64,000 bases of DNA from a virus (Duplodnaviria > Caudoviricetes), in the IMG/VR virus record IMGVR_UViG_3300033073_001607, positions 2,419 to 66,418 of that record; one strand, given 5' to 3'. The notes beneath the pieces were generated by a model. It was not told the DNA's origin. It did no database searches and saw only the letters and a list, made by a program, of their open reading frames with translations. Each line of letters starts with the position of its first letter. Position 1 is the first letter of the stretch. This document shows positions 44,543 to 53,684 of this stretch, in pieces. The position numbers and the translations under genes were made by a program.

Positions 44543-45483
44543 GTTCCCACCTTGTATGGCCGCGCGAGAATCGGCGCGTCTTCGGGTCCGCGCCAGTACG
44601 GCTCCACCCAGATGACCTTGCGGCCACTGCGGCCGACGCCGATGACCTGGCGTTTGTAGTGTCCACGGACGAGCGTCTGGACCAAGGGCGCCGACGCGCC
44701 TCGCAGACAGGCTTCGCGCACCGCCTGCCTCATGTCCACGCCGATGGGTCGCCCTATGTAGATCGTGCGATGGTCCGGCGCAGCCCTCTCCGCCAGCCGC
44801 TTCGACTTGACCGACGCGCGACCATGGGGCGACCAGTTCGCGGTGTGCTGCATGGCGTAGAGCATGCCCACAACGCACCGCTTGCTCATCGCCATCGCCC
44901 TGTTGAGGGCGTCTCGATCCAACCACGCCCCGTCCGTTTCGCCGATCTCGTCGACGATGTCGTCTTCATCGAACAGAGCATCGGCAAGTGTGTCGTGCTC
45001 CGTCTCTATGGCCACCGGCAGCGCATGCCCGTTCGCGTTGAACAGAACACCGGACCTCACCCGCCCCGTGGGGTTCGAGAGCTGAAAGCAGCGTACGTGG
45101 GTAAGCCATCGCCCATCGCTGATCGGGAATAGTCCGGCAGGTAGCCTCACCGCGAACGCCGGCCAAGGGATGCTGATATCCTCCGCGTCCCTCGAGTTCA
45201 CGCGTGTGCATGCGAGCGCAGCGGCGTACTTCTCATCGGCAAGAAGCGTTCGGCACGCCCCATCGACCCACTTTGCCGACCAGACCGCGTCGGCAAACAT
45301 TGCCGCGACCATCACCCGAGGATGGATGGTCCCCCGGACGTCGTCTGGAACCGGATCCTTGATGACCGACCAGAGTGCGCTGACCACTTCCTCGTCGCCC
45401 ATTCCGCGATGGTACGTATCCTCCCAATATCCGCGCCCGACCTCCTGCCACGTCTGTTCGATCGACTTCGCCGCGCTCGCCAT
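44539..45483 (-). CDS. Hypothetical protein
   Basis: C-terminal VRGHYKRQ...KVIWVEPYWRG motif seen in phage proteins. Confidence 0.75.
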   Translation of the reverse strand: MASAAKSIEQTWQEVGRGYWEDTYHRGMGDEEVVSALWSVIKDPVPDDVRGTIHPRVMVAAMFADAVWSAKWVDGACRTLLADEKYAAALACTRVNSRDAEDISIPWPAFAVRLPAGLFPISDGRWLTHVRCFQLSNPTGRVRSGVLFNANGHALPVAIETEHDTLADALFDEDDIVDEIGETDGAWLDRDALNRAMAMSKRCVVGMLYAMQHTANWSPHGRASVKSKRLAERAAPDHRTIYIGRPIGVDMRQAVREACLRGASAPLVQTLVRGHYKRQVIGVGRSGRKVIWVEPYWRGPEDAPILARPYKVGT

Positions 45484-45902
45484 CACGCCACCCTCCTACC
45501 TTCCCCAACCCGGATCCTTGTCACGACAACTTCCACACGCGGGCGCTCGGCGTCTTGGGCCATCGCAGCGTTCACTGCGCGGATGTATCTGTCGTCAGCG
45601 AAGGCGATGCCGTTGATCGCATCGCTCACCGCCTTGATGTAGTTGTCCAAGTCCCCGCCCTTGCCCTCGTGCGTGCGGAACACGTGGACCGTGACAGCGA
45701 AGCGGTCCTTCGGCGACCAGAGCCAGCGTTGTGCCGAGACTGCGGCCTGGCATAGCAGCGCGACCTTCTGCTCGTACGCCTTCGTCTCGGCTGGCGTGTA
45801 GTGGGAAGCAAACGACTTGCCGCCCTTCGTGGTGACGACGCGCGTGCGGGCTCGGCCCTTCGGCACCGGCTCGCCGGGGATGGTGAAGCGGAGGTCGGTC
45901 AT
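45483..45902 (-). CDS. rusA: RusA-family Holliday junction resolvase
   Basis: FTIPGEPVPKGRAR, GDLDNYIKAVSDAING..FADD. Confidence 0.93.
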   Translation of the reverse strand: MTDLRFTIPGEPVPKGRARTRVVTTKGGKSFASHYTPAETKAYEQKVALLCQAAVSAQRWLWSPKDRFAVTVHVFRTHEGKGGDLDNYIKAVSDAINGIAFADDRYIRAVNAAMAQDAERPRVEVVVTRIRVGEGRRVA

Positions 45903-47344
45903 CGGTCATCCTCCAGCGAATCGTCGACGTACTGCCGCGACGGTGCTCCGCCTGGCGCATTCGGATCGGTGAACGACGAGAACTGCCCCTCGAACCGCAG
46001 CTCGAAGTCATGCTCTCGTCCACCGCGCTGCTTCGCAAGAATGAACTGGATCGACGTCGGGTCCTCGCCGATGACCACGCCGTTCACCGCGTACCGAGGA
46101 TTCCGATGCAGGAACGCCAGACCATGCGTCGAGCGCTCGATCCAGTGCGAGTCGGCGACGCAGCCCTTGGTCGGCTTCGGTCGGAGCTTCGTCTTCGGGT
46201 CGATCGGCACGGGCTTGCGCTGCGCGAGCTCGATGCCCGCGAGGCCGGTTCGCTTGAGCATGCGCGCGAACTCCACGGTCGAGTGTTTGACCTGTTCGTG
46301 CGTCGGCTTGTGCGATGCCTCCGGTGCAACGGCCAGGTTCTGGATGTAGTCGATGATGACGAGCCCGAGCGGTACTTTGAAGTCTGCGCGTAGCTTGTCG
46401 GCGTAGCCCTGCGTGGCCGACTGGATCTGGCCGATGTGGATGTCCGCGGTGTCGTCGATGATGACCGGGAGCTCCGCCATGCGAGACGCTGCCTGCGTGA
46501 ACCTCGGCCAGTCCTCGGCCTCGAGTGAGCGGGTCCGCACGCGCTCGAACGGGATGCGTCCGCGCCTGGAGATCTCGCGCTCGACGAGCTCGTCGCGCGT
46601 CATCTCCGTGGACCACATGAGCACGCCGACCCCGCGCTCCGCGACAGCCCAAGCGAGCTGCATGGCGAAGGCGGTCTTGCCGACACCGGGCAGCGCTGCG
46701 ATCGTGAGCTTCCGACCGGGTTGGATGCCGTTCATCAACCGGTCGAATGAGAACAGGCCGGTGGGGATGCCTCGCTGGCTCTTGGCTGCGCGTTGCTCCT
46801 CGCTTGGCGTCATCTCCGCGGCGATTCGTCGGAGCGCCTCTGCGGTCGATTCAGCGCGACCAACGACGGTGTCTCGAGCGATGTCGAGCATCGCTTTGGC
46901 GGCGCGGTCGCAGTAGTCCTGCACGTCGCCGTAGTCGCCGTACCCAGCGAGACGAACTCGATCGGCGGCCTGCATCACGAGCCGCGCGCGCCACTTGCCG
47001 TGGACGATGAGCGCATGGTCTCGCACGTTGCCGAACGCCGGCGATGAGGCGATGGTGTCCGCGATGTAGTCGAACCCGACTTGCTCGAGCCGCTTCCGGT
47101 CTCGGAGCCACTCCGCGATCGTCGTCGGGTCGATTGCCTGGTTCGCGCGGTGAAGCTCGGTGCACGCTTCGAAGATCTTGGCGTGTCGCTCGAAGAAAAA
47201 GTGCCGTGGCCGCAGGAAGTCTGCGACCCGGTTCATCGCCGTAGGGTCTGCGATGACCGCTGACAGCACCGCGCGTTCGGCGCGATCGGCATGCGGCGGC
47301 TCATGCGCAGCATCGGGCGGTTGGACCAACGAAAGCATTGCCAT
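45899..47344 (-). CDS. dnaB: Replicative DNA helicase
   Basis: AERAVLSA N-domain, AALPGVGKT, STEM, IIDYIQ, FILAKQRGG. Confidence 0.95.
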   Translation of the reverse strand: MAMLSLVQPPDAAHEPPHADRAERAVLSAVIADPTAMNRVADFLRPRHFFFERHAKIFEACTELHRANQAIDPTTIAEWLRDRKRLEQVGFDYIADTIASSPAFGNVRDHALIVHGKWRARLVMQAADRVRLAGYGDYGDVQDYCDRAAKAMLDIARDTVVGRAESTAEALRRIAAEMTPSEEQRAAKSQRGIPTGLFSFDRLMNGIQPGRKLTIAALPGVGKTAFAMQLAWAVAERGVGVLMWSTEMTRDELVEREISRRGRIPFERVRTRSLEAEDWPRFTQAASRMAELPVIIDDTADIHIGQIQSATQGYADKLRADFKVPLGLVIIDYIQNLAVAPEASHKPTHEQVKHSTVEFARMLKRTGLAGIELAQRKPVPIDPKTKLRPKPTKGCVADSHWIERSTHGLAFLHRNPRYAVNGVVIGEDPTSIQFILAKQRGGREHDFELRFEGQFSSFTDPNAPGGAPSRQYVDDSLEDDR

Positions 47345-47347
47345 GGG

Positions 47348-48334
47348 TCAGGTTCCTGTCGGTTCGTCGTCGTCGTCGAGCGCATCCCCGACGAATGGAT
47401 CTCGAGCTCGCAACCCGAGCTTGGCGATGGCGGCCAATGCCTCGGGCGGTGGTGCCGCGCGTACCGTCGGCGCCATGTCCAGCAAGGGCTCCTGCACGGG
47501 GTCTGGTGCTGGCAGTCGGCCCTCGTCGCGCAGCGTCCGCAGCCGATTGCGGAACGTCGCGTCCCAGTTGCACTTCAGCCCGCGAACACCGGCCACGCCG
47601 AGCCAGTAGTCCCGGAATTCCTCGAGCGTGCTCATGGGTCTCCCGATGCCTTGCTCCCGGGCCCAAGCGTCCACGTCGAAACCCGGAGTCCAGTCCGCGG
47701 TCATGCGCGTGGCCTTGGCGCTTTCGGTGCGCTTGGACGGTGTCCCCTTGCCGCGAGTCTTAGGCGTCAACGGTTCGTCCGGCTTCGCCGCGACGAGGTT
47801 GGTCTGCTCCGGTTCCTTGGGGCCTGTCGTCCGCTCGGGAGCCGCGAGAGCGGCGCCGTCACTGTGCTGTGCTGTGTTGTTCTGTTCTGTTCTGTTATGT
47901 ACTGTAGGCGTCACTTGTGACGGTCGCTGTTCGTCACTTGTGACGTCACATCGGTTTGTAACCTCCGGTGATGATTGACTTCGCGTTTCACGGAGTCGCC
48001 GCATGCGCTCCGCCGACGAAGCCACTTTTGTCCACCGATCGAACGAAACGACGACCAAAACCTTCCGTCCGCGCTCGGTTTCGAGAGAAATCATCGGCCG
48101 TCCGTCGTCGTCCGGCTCGCTCAGAGCCTCGAGCGCGAGGGCGATCTCCCGCCTGTTGCCACCGAGCATGTCGTGGATGGCGTCGACGTCGTCCTTGAAC
48201 CCACGAGGGAGCGGGATGCGACCGTGAAAGGTCCGGGCCTCCTGAGCGAGCTCCAGGTAGACGAAGCGGACAGCCCTGGGCAGGCCACGCTTGGACCCCT
48301 TTCGGAGCTCCTCGTGGAACGGGATCCAGCTCAT
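47348..48334 (-). CDS. Replication initiator (lambda O/DnaD-like organisation)
   Basis: Upstream of dnaB; internal repeats; NRTEQN motif; C-terminal EEFRDYW...NWDATFRNRL. Confidence 0.8.
   Translation of the reverse strand: MSWIPFHEELRKGSKRGLPRAVRFVYLELAQEARTFHGRIPLPRGFKDDVDAIHDMLGGNRREIALALEALSEPDDDGRPMISLETERGRKVLVVVSFDRWTKVASSAERMRRLRETRSQSSPEVTNRCDVTSDEQRPSQVTPTVHNRTEQNNTAQHSDGAALAAPERTTGPKEPEQTNLVAAKPDEPLTPKTRGKGTPSKRTESAKATRMTADWTPGFDVDAWAREQGIGRPMSTLEEFRDYWLGVAGVRGLKCNWDATFRNRLRTLRDEGRLPAPDPVQEPLLDMAPTVRAAPPPEALAAIAKLGLRARDPFVGDALDDDDEPTGT
47862..47959. repeat. Putative origin: nine NTGTN pentamers followed by two CGTCACTTGTGACG palindromic iterons
   Basis: Pentamers at 47862-47906; exact 14-mers at 47909-47922 and 47932-47945; overlapping GTGACGTCAC. 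Confidence 0.7.
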
Positions 48335-48534
48335 CCCTTCCTCGGTCCGGCGAGAGCGGAGCATGCGCCAGCCAGGTGACCAGCCGCAACGGCGACATCG
48401 TCACCCTCCAGTCGAGACAGGATCTCGGCCGCCTCTCGCATCAGCTTCGACGCGCGCGTCATCGCCTCGAACCGGAGCTTCCTCGCGTGCGAGTCGTCGA
48501 CCACGCGTTGCAGGTCCGTGATGTCGGAGTTCAT
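48331..48534 (-). CDS. Hypothetical protein
   Basis: ATGA-coupled at both ends. Confidence 0.7.
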   Translation of the reverse strand: MNSDITDLQRVVDDSHARKLRFEAMTRASKLMREAAEILSRLEGDDVAVAAGHLAGACSALAGPRKG

Positions 48535-49157
48535 GCCCACCTCCAAGTATCGAACCCATGCAACCCGAAGCCATAGATCGCGAGCTGCAAGTCCTTGGGG
48601 TAGCCGTTCTCCTCGCCCTCAAAGACGAGCCGAGGCCTCAGCCCGAGCACCATGGCCTGCCGGTTCACGTGGCAAGCAAACCAGTCGGTGCCGATGCTCG
48701 CGGGCGTCAGCAGCGCGATGAGCCCGTGCCGTCGCGCGCTCTCGGTGGAGCACTTCGCGGCCCACGGCTCGATGTTGGAGAACGGCGGGTTGAGCCAGAG
48801 CAGCCCAGTCGGGAATGCCTCAGCCCACGGCTGCTTCAGCGAGTCGGCCTCCTCGTTGAAGAACCGCTCACACTTGGCGTTCGATCCGTCAGCGGCAAGG
48901 TCGCACACGATCTTCCCGAAGCGCTTCTCGACGGCGCGGATGAACGCCGGAGGGGTGCCGTAGTTCTGCTTCGACTTCCCCCGTCGAACCGTCGGCCCGA
49001 GCTTCGGAAGCGCGATGTCGAGGTCCCCGATGGGAACTTCTCGGACGGTCTCACCGAATTCGACGGATGCGAACCCAGCGTTGAGTGCGCGCACGATGCC
49101 CCTCAGCCCAGAGACCGTGCACGGATCGCCCGCCGCAAACTTCAACGGAACGCTCAC
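48531..49157 (-). CDS. Phage N6-adenine DNA methyltransferase (phage Dam-like)
   Basis: NYGTPP, CDLAA, LWLNPPF, LTPASIGTDWF, RPRLVF. Confidence 0.88.
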   Translation of the reverse strand: MSVPLKFAAGDPCTVSGLRGIVRALNAGFASVEFGETVREVPIGDLDIALPKLGPTVRRGKSKQNYGTPPAFIRAVEKRFGKIVCDLAADGSNAKCERFFNEEADSLKQPWAEAFPTGLLWLNPPFSNIEPWAAKCSTESARRHGLIALLTPASIGTDWFACHVNRQAMVLGLRPRLVFEGEENGYPKDLQLAIYGFGLHGFDTWRWA

Positions 49158-49732
49158 GCCCCCCTCTTCTTCCGCTTCGACCCACGAGCCTCCGGTTCCT
49201 CCGCCGAGTCCGCGAGCACGCCAGCAGGGTCGTCGATGACCGTGACGTCGCCCTCGCTGGGCTCGATGTCGTCCTCGAACGAGGTCGCAGTCGGCCGCTC
49301 GGTGCCGGGTAGCGACGGCTGAAGCTCGGACGAGCGAAGCGCGCGCTCTCGGATCATCTCGCCGGTGTCGACGCGCGTGGTCCTGGCGACGCCGAGGCGG
49401 AGCTCGAAGGACTCGACGCACTCGACGGCGCGCATTTCGGTGGCGGTCCTTCGCACCTCCCGGATCTCGGTGACGTGCGCTTCGGCGATCTTGATGCGCG
49501 CGTTGATCTCCGCGGTGCGGTCCTTCTTCTCTGCCTTCAGCACGTCGACGCTCGCGAGTGCCGCCTCGAGCTCGTCAGCCTTGGCAGCGACCTCCTTTTC
49601 GGTCAGCGAACACGGCAGCACCTCGTCGAACTTCCTCGGCGGCATCGCGAGTTGTGCAGCTCGCGCCTCGGCTTCGATGTCCGCGTCGGCAGCCTGCGCT
49701 GTCACGTCCGCCCACTCTTGAGTCGTTGTCAT
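49154..49732 (-). CDS. Hypothetical coiled-coil protein
   Basis: GGAGGG RBS; coupled. Confidence 0.75.
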   Translation of the reverse strand: MTTTQEWADVTAQAADADIEAEARAAQLAMPPRKFDEVLPCSLTEKEVAAKADELEAALASVDVLKAEKKDRTAEINARIKIAEAHVTEIREVRRTATEMRAVECVESFELRLGVARTTRVDTGEMIRERALRSSELQPSLPGTERPTATSFEDDIEPSEGDVTVIDDPAGVLADSAEEPEARGSKRKKRGA

Positions 49733-49845
49733 GTTCCCTCCTGCACGTGTCGGTCGATGATGGTGACGGCGAGCAGCAAGATGCCCGCGGCGATGATGAC
49801 GGTGGATGAGTCCAGCCCGTCGATGACGTTGAAGATGCGGATCAC
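49729..49845 (-). CDS. 38-aa membrane peptide (not in the ORF track)
   Basis: MIRIFNVIDGLDSSTVIIAAGILLLAVTIIDRHVQEGT; GTGA and ATGA overlaps. Confidence 0.65.
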   Translation of the reverse strand: MIRIFNVIDGLDSSTVIIAAGILLLAVTIIDRHVQEGT

Positions 49846-50279
49846 GGCTTCACCTCGCGAACGAGCTTGGCTGCGATGGCCATCCGGTCACGGCTGATGC
49901 GCTGCGCTCGAGCGTTGTCGCAGCCGCCGGGTCCCGATGCGTAGAACGCGATGGGATGAGCCGGACAGATGCGCATCGACTCGCGGAGCATCGTCATGCC
50001 CACGCGGATGCAGGCCTCCGGATCCTTGGCGAGGTCGGGGCGACGGTTCACCTGCATCGCGCAGTGGTCGTCCGTCTTGCTCGAGATGTCGTTCTTGAGC
50101 GAGCTCTCGCGGAAGGCGATGGCGATGATGAGCGCGGCGGTTCGGAGCTTCGACTCGTCATCGCGGAAGAGCGGCCTCTCCTCGAGCACGACGCGCGAGA
50201 TGGCCCCGCCGAGCTCGGTGTGGTCGCGCCCCGGCGCAAGCGACGACATGGCCGCCATCACGAACAGCACGAGCAACAT
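49842..50279 (-). CDS. Lytic transglycosylase (SLT)-like protein with N-terminal hydrophobic signal
   Basis: IAIAFRESSL...HCAMQVN...DPEACIRVGMTML. Confidence 0.65.
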   Translation of the reverse strand: MLLVLFVMAAMSSLAPGRDHTELGGAISRVVLEERPLFRDDESKLRTAALIIAIAFRESSLKNDISSKTDDHCAMQVNRRPDLAKDPEACIRVGMTMLRESMRICPAHPIAFYASGPGGCDNARAQRISRDRMAIAAKLVREVKP

Positions 50280-50476
50280 CAGTGCATCCCTCCAATCCTC
50301 GCAACGGGCCACGGCCCAGACTCATCGTTGGCAGTCTCGAGCAGCACGTCCTCGAGCTCGCGGAGCCACTGCTCCCGACGCACCGCCGGATGCCAACTCC
50401 GCATCAGCGGATTCAGAAGGATCAGCCCGAGCATCCAGTCGGACAGTCCGCGGACATTGCGTTCGCGGTGGCTCAT
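50279..50476 (-). CDS. Hypothetical protein
   Basis: Coupled overlaps; GAGGAGG RBS. Confidence 0.65.
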   Translation of the reverse strand: MSHRERNVRGLSDWMLGLILLNPLMRSWHPAVRREQWLRELEDVLLETANDESGPWPVARIGGMH

Positions 50477-51180
50477 TGGTCCTCCTCGTCGTAGAAATTC
50501 CGGTCGTCCGAATCAAAACTTTCGCCACGCCGCGCACGAGCAGCCGCGAGCCCGCGAGATGCAGCGACGCTCTTCGCCGAACGAATGCCGTGCTTCTTCG
50601 CGAACATCGTCCACACGAACTCGCAGGCTTCGCCGTCGGCCCCGTCGAAAATCGAGACGATGCGGTGCTCGGTCGCCTCGACGACTTCCTCGAACTCCGC
50701 GAACGGATCGACGACAGGGTCGGCGAACTTGGCAGCATGCCCGCTCGTCACCGGAGGTCGGCTCGGATCCACGTTGTCCAAGAACTCGCCGAGTGTCGTC
50801 CGACCGCGAGCGGTCAGATCTCGGGCGGATAGGAACGCGTTGAACTCGATCTGCCGCGCACGCTCGCGCGTGAGATTCAGCGCGTCGCCAGCCTCGTCGA
50901 GCGTGATGCCCCCGGCATCGGCAATGTCGAGCGTGCACGAGCGCTCCGGAGCCATGTCCTCGGGCTCGACGCCAGGGAAGTTGAACGTCAGCGAGCCGGT
51001 CTTCCTGTTCACTTCGAGGAACGCGTTGTGGCGGCAGCCGACCCATGGACAAGGGCGCGTACCGTCGACGCAGTCCCCACGCGTCCTCGGCCGCACTGGC
51101 AGCGGACCGCTCTCGTCGTCAGTGACGATGGGCAGCCGCACCATGGCCTTCGTAGACAGGGTTCTACGTGCCGCAGTCAT
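50473..51180 (-). CDS. Regulator with Cys-rich N-terminus and sigma-70 region-4-like HTH
   Basis: RGDCVDGTRPCPWVGCRH; GITLDEAGDALNLTRERARQIE. Confidence 0.8.
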   Translation of the reverse strand: MTAARRTLSTKAMVRLPIVTDDESGPLPVRPRTRGDCVDGTRPCPWVGCRHNAFLEVNRKTGSLTFNFPGVEPEDMAPERSCTLDIADAGGITLDEAGDALNLTRERARQIEFNAFLSARDLTARGRTTLGEFLDNVDPSRPPVTSGHAAKFADPVVDPFAEFEEVVEATEHRIVSIFDGADGEACEFVWTMFAKKHGIRSAKSVAASRGLAAARARRGESFDSDDRNFYDEEDQ

Positions 51181-51215
51181 TTCCGCCCCATCGCAAATTG
51201 CGAATCTGTAAGGCT

Positions 51216-51236
51216 AAAAAAGCGGGCCGAGCCCGC
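51216..51236 (-). terminator. Intrinsic terminator after the LexA-like gene
   Basis: GCGGGC-TCG-GCCCGC-TTTTTT. Confidence 0.75.
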
Positions 51237-51262
51237 GCTGAACGTCGAGTTGTCCGAGCGAC

Positions 51263-51739
51263 TCATGGAAGCGACCCTCGGAGTGCGGCCAGATCACGGC
51301 TCACCTCGGACACCGCTTGGTCGATCCGCCAGTCCTCGACGTCCGGCAGTCGTGCAGCTCGCACGGTATTGAGTGCCTTCAGCACGAGCTGTCGAAGGGC
51401 GCGGTTCTCTGCGACGAGGGACGCAAGATCGTCTTCCTGCGCGGGCTCGCGACGAGGCCCAAGGAACGGAGTCGACGCAAGCCGCAGTCCTCGAGCGAGG
51501 CCGTCCGTCCGCAGCAGGTAGCCCTTGCGCTCCAACGCGTTGAGGTGGTCGTTGACGCCGTTGGTGGACCGGATGCCCATGTGCGACCCGATCTCGCGCA
51601 CCGTCGGCGGGTAGCCGCGGGCCTCGATGTGACCAGCGATGAAGTCGAGCGCCATCCGCTGGCGAGCCGTGAGAGCACGGGTGCGAGCTCGCGCGATCTC
51701 GGAGCCGGACATCGGCACGACGGAGAGGGTGGCGCTCAT
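51263..51739 (-). CDS. LexA-type winged-helix DNA-binding protein lacking the peptidase domain
   Basis: LTARQ...[34 protein letters not shown]; coiled-coil tail instead of S24 domain. Confidence 0.88.
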   Translation of the reverse strand: MSATLSVVPMSGSEIARARTRALTARQRMALDFIAGHIEARGYPPTVREIGSHMGIRSTNGVNDHLNALERKGYLLRTDGLARGLRLASTPFLGPRREPAQEDDLASLVAENRALRQLVLKALNTVRAARLPDVEDWRIDQAVSEVSRDLAALRGSLP

Positions 51740-51979
51740 CGTTCAGCACCGGAGAAATGCTGGACGTCGGTCGCGTGCGACCGATTATTTGCCAATGAAG
51801 TTGTGAGTCGTTCAGTTGGGTATCGGTGGTCGGCTATCCAACCGGCGATTCCGTGTTCAGCGATCGTCGGCTTCATCGGGAAAACTCCAGCCACAGGGAC
51901 GCATGCGCAGTAAAACCGGGTGCACGAAAGCCGAGCAGTGGTTGCGATCTACATGCATCGCAATCACGCTCGGCAGATG

Positions 51980-52273
51980 TCAGTCGTTGCCAGTCGCGGC
52001 GAGCTTTGCGGCGGCCTCGTCGGTCAGCACCTGGAGTTCGCCAGTGTCATCAGCGTCGGGCACGACCGGATCATCAACCCATGCGCTCGCAGGAACGCCG
52101 AGTTCGGCTTGGATGCGGAACGCCATCGTCAGGGACGGCCTTCGTGCAGCACTCATCCACCGCGAGACCATCGGTGGTGATGCTCCAACGCGCTGTCCGA
52201 ACTCGCTCTGATTCAGCCCCAACTCCAACAGCCGGTCCTTCAACAACTGGAGGCCGTTCTTCCGATCACCCAT
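51980..52273 (-). CDS. Cro-like XRE HTH regulator
   Basis: LGLNQSEFGQRVGASPPMVSRW...RRPS; divergent from cI. Confidence 0.85.
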   Translation of the reverse strand: MGDRKNGLQLLKDRLLELGLNQSEFGQRVGASPPMVSRWMSAARRPSLTMAFRIQAELGVPASAWVDDPVVPDADDTGELQVLTDEAAAKLAATGND

Positions 52274-52280
52274 GGGTGGC

Positions 52281-52308
52281 AGTATTGCTAAACGGTAACC
52301 TTTGTCAA
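52281..52308 (-). promoter_or_regulatory. Sigma70-type promoter for cro
   Basis: TTGACA-16 bp-AATACT. Confidence 0.7.
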
Positions 52309-52347
52309 ACGGAAAGCGTCGCGAGTGATGCGAAGGAGCTTTGTCAT

Positions 52348-52830
52348 GTGGCAACATCTGGGCAGATGCTGCTCAAGAGCGATCCCAAGGCACGCGGCGA
52401 ACGTCTCCGCGAGGCGATGAAGATCCGCGGCCTGAACGGCAAGAAGCTGGCGGCGGTTACTGGGATCAATGAGCCGCAGATCTCGCGATTCAAGAACGGC
52501 GAGCGCACCAAGATCAGCGCGGACGACGTCGACAAGATCTGCGCTGCCCTCCGCATCCGAGCACCATGGCTCTCCTACGGCCGAATGCCGATGGATGCAG
52601 CCGAGGATGACGCGGTCGACGAGGACCGCGACGTGGCAGTCGACGAGCTCGAGGCGGCCATCAAACAGAGCCGCCGGTGGGCTCCTGCCGCGATGCCGAT
52701 GCCCGTCCGTGACGAGGTCGCTGCCGCAGCTCGGAAGGAGCGCGCCGGCACCACCGAGCGATACGAGCCCGAGGACTGGGTGCAGCGCCTCGCCCAGATC
52801 GCGAAGAGCCGCGCTCAGCGCGCGACCTAG
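52348..52830 (+). CDS. CI-like XRE repressor (no S24 autopeptidase domain)
   Basis: GERLREAMKIRGLNGKKLAAVTGINEPQISRFKNG...WLSYG; AAGGAG RBS with GTG start (alternative ATG at 52366). Confidence 0.85.
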   Translation: MATSGQMLLKSDPKARGERLREAMKIRGLNGKKLAAVTGINEPQISRFKNGERTKISADDVDKICAALRIRAPWLSYGRMPMDAAEDDAVDEDRDVAVDELEAAIKQSRRWAPAAMPMPVRDEVAAAARKERAGTTERYEPEDWVQRLAQIAKSRAQRAT

Positions 52831-53009
52831 CCCGAACAGCCCAAAAGGCCGCACTCGTGCGGATGGAGCGGGGTCCCAGCCGACCCCGTGACCAGCCTCA
52901 TGCACTCGGGAGCATCCCGGTGCATGAGCAAGCCCAGCCTCCGAAGCGCCACAAGCCACCGCGCAACGCCGCGTAATCACAAGCCCGCGTCGATTTCTGA
53001 AGTTTCTAT

Positions 53010-53037
53010 TCGACAATTCTTTCCGAATGGCAATAAT
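53010..53037 (+). promoter_or_regulatory. Early promoter
   Basis: TCGACA-16 bp-AATAAT in an AT-rich patch; same geometry as the cro promoter. Confidence 0.6.
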
Positions 53038-53079
53038 GTTCCTTGTCGGACGCTGGCGGCGACGACGGAGGGACCAGCA

Positions 53080-53355
53080 ATGAACCAGGCAACGATCGCA
53101 GCGTTCGTAACGTCGATGGCACTGACGGACGGACGCCCGACGCGGAACGGCGCGATGACGATCGCCAACGAGGCGGTCCGTGTCGCCTTCGCGCTCGCAG
53201 CGGGGCGGCTGATCGCAGCGGTGGCCATCGCCGAAGGCATCGGCCTCGACATCGGTGTACGGGAGAACGACGACCTCCACATCCTCGGCCGCACCCGCGA
53301 GGTGAGGCTCGTCGAAGGTCACGAGTGGCGTCAGCTCACGAAGGCGGTGGCGTGA
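53080..53355 (+). CDS. Hypothetical protein
   Basis: GGAGGG RBS; first gene of the early operon. Confidence 0.7.
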   Translation: MNQATIAAFVTSMALTDGRPTRNGAMTIANEAVRVAFALAAGRLIAAVAIAEGIGLDIGVRENDDLHILGRTREVRLVEGHEWRQLTKAVA

Positions 53356-53684
53356 TGCGCACCAACCACATCTTCGCAATCGTCCGCCCCGGCCACGACC
53401 TCGACGGCGAGGAGTGGAAGGTCTACGGCACGGACGACGAGGCCTTCGCGACCGCGTCCGCGTACGTCGACGACTGGGCGAAGCTCGGTGTCACCGTCGG
53501 GCTGACGAAGCTCGGGACGCGCACCGATGGCGTGCTGACGCCGTGCGTGCCAGTGGCGGACCTTCCTTGGTGGGCGGTGGAGCAGCTCGGCAAGAAGACG
53601 CCGAAGCCCTCGCGCGCGTGCCGCCACGACTTCAGCGACGGCGATGTGTGCAGCAAGTGCGATGCGGTCAGGAGGTCGGCATGA
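53355..53684 (+). CDS. Hypothetical protein, C-terminal CxH...CxxC
   Basis: TGATG-coupled. Confidence 0.7.
   Translation: MRTNHIFAIVRPGHDLDGEEWKVYGTDDEAFATASAYVDDWAKLGVTVGLTKLGTRTDGVLTPCVPVADLPWWAVEQLGKKTPKPSRACRHDFSDGDVCSKCDAVRRSA

Noticed and set aside
51740-51979. 33-aa ORF (MHVDRNHC...) between cro and the LexA-like gene
   Set aside because: No RBS or coupling, atypical composition; region more likely regulatory
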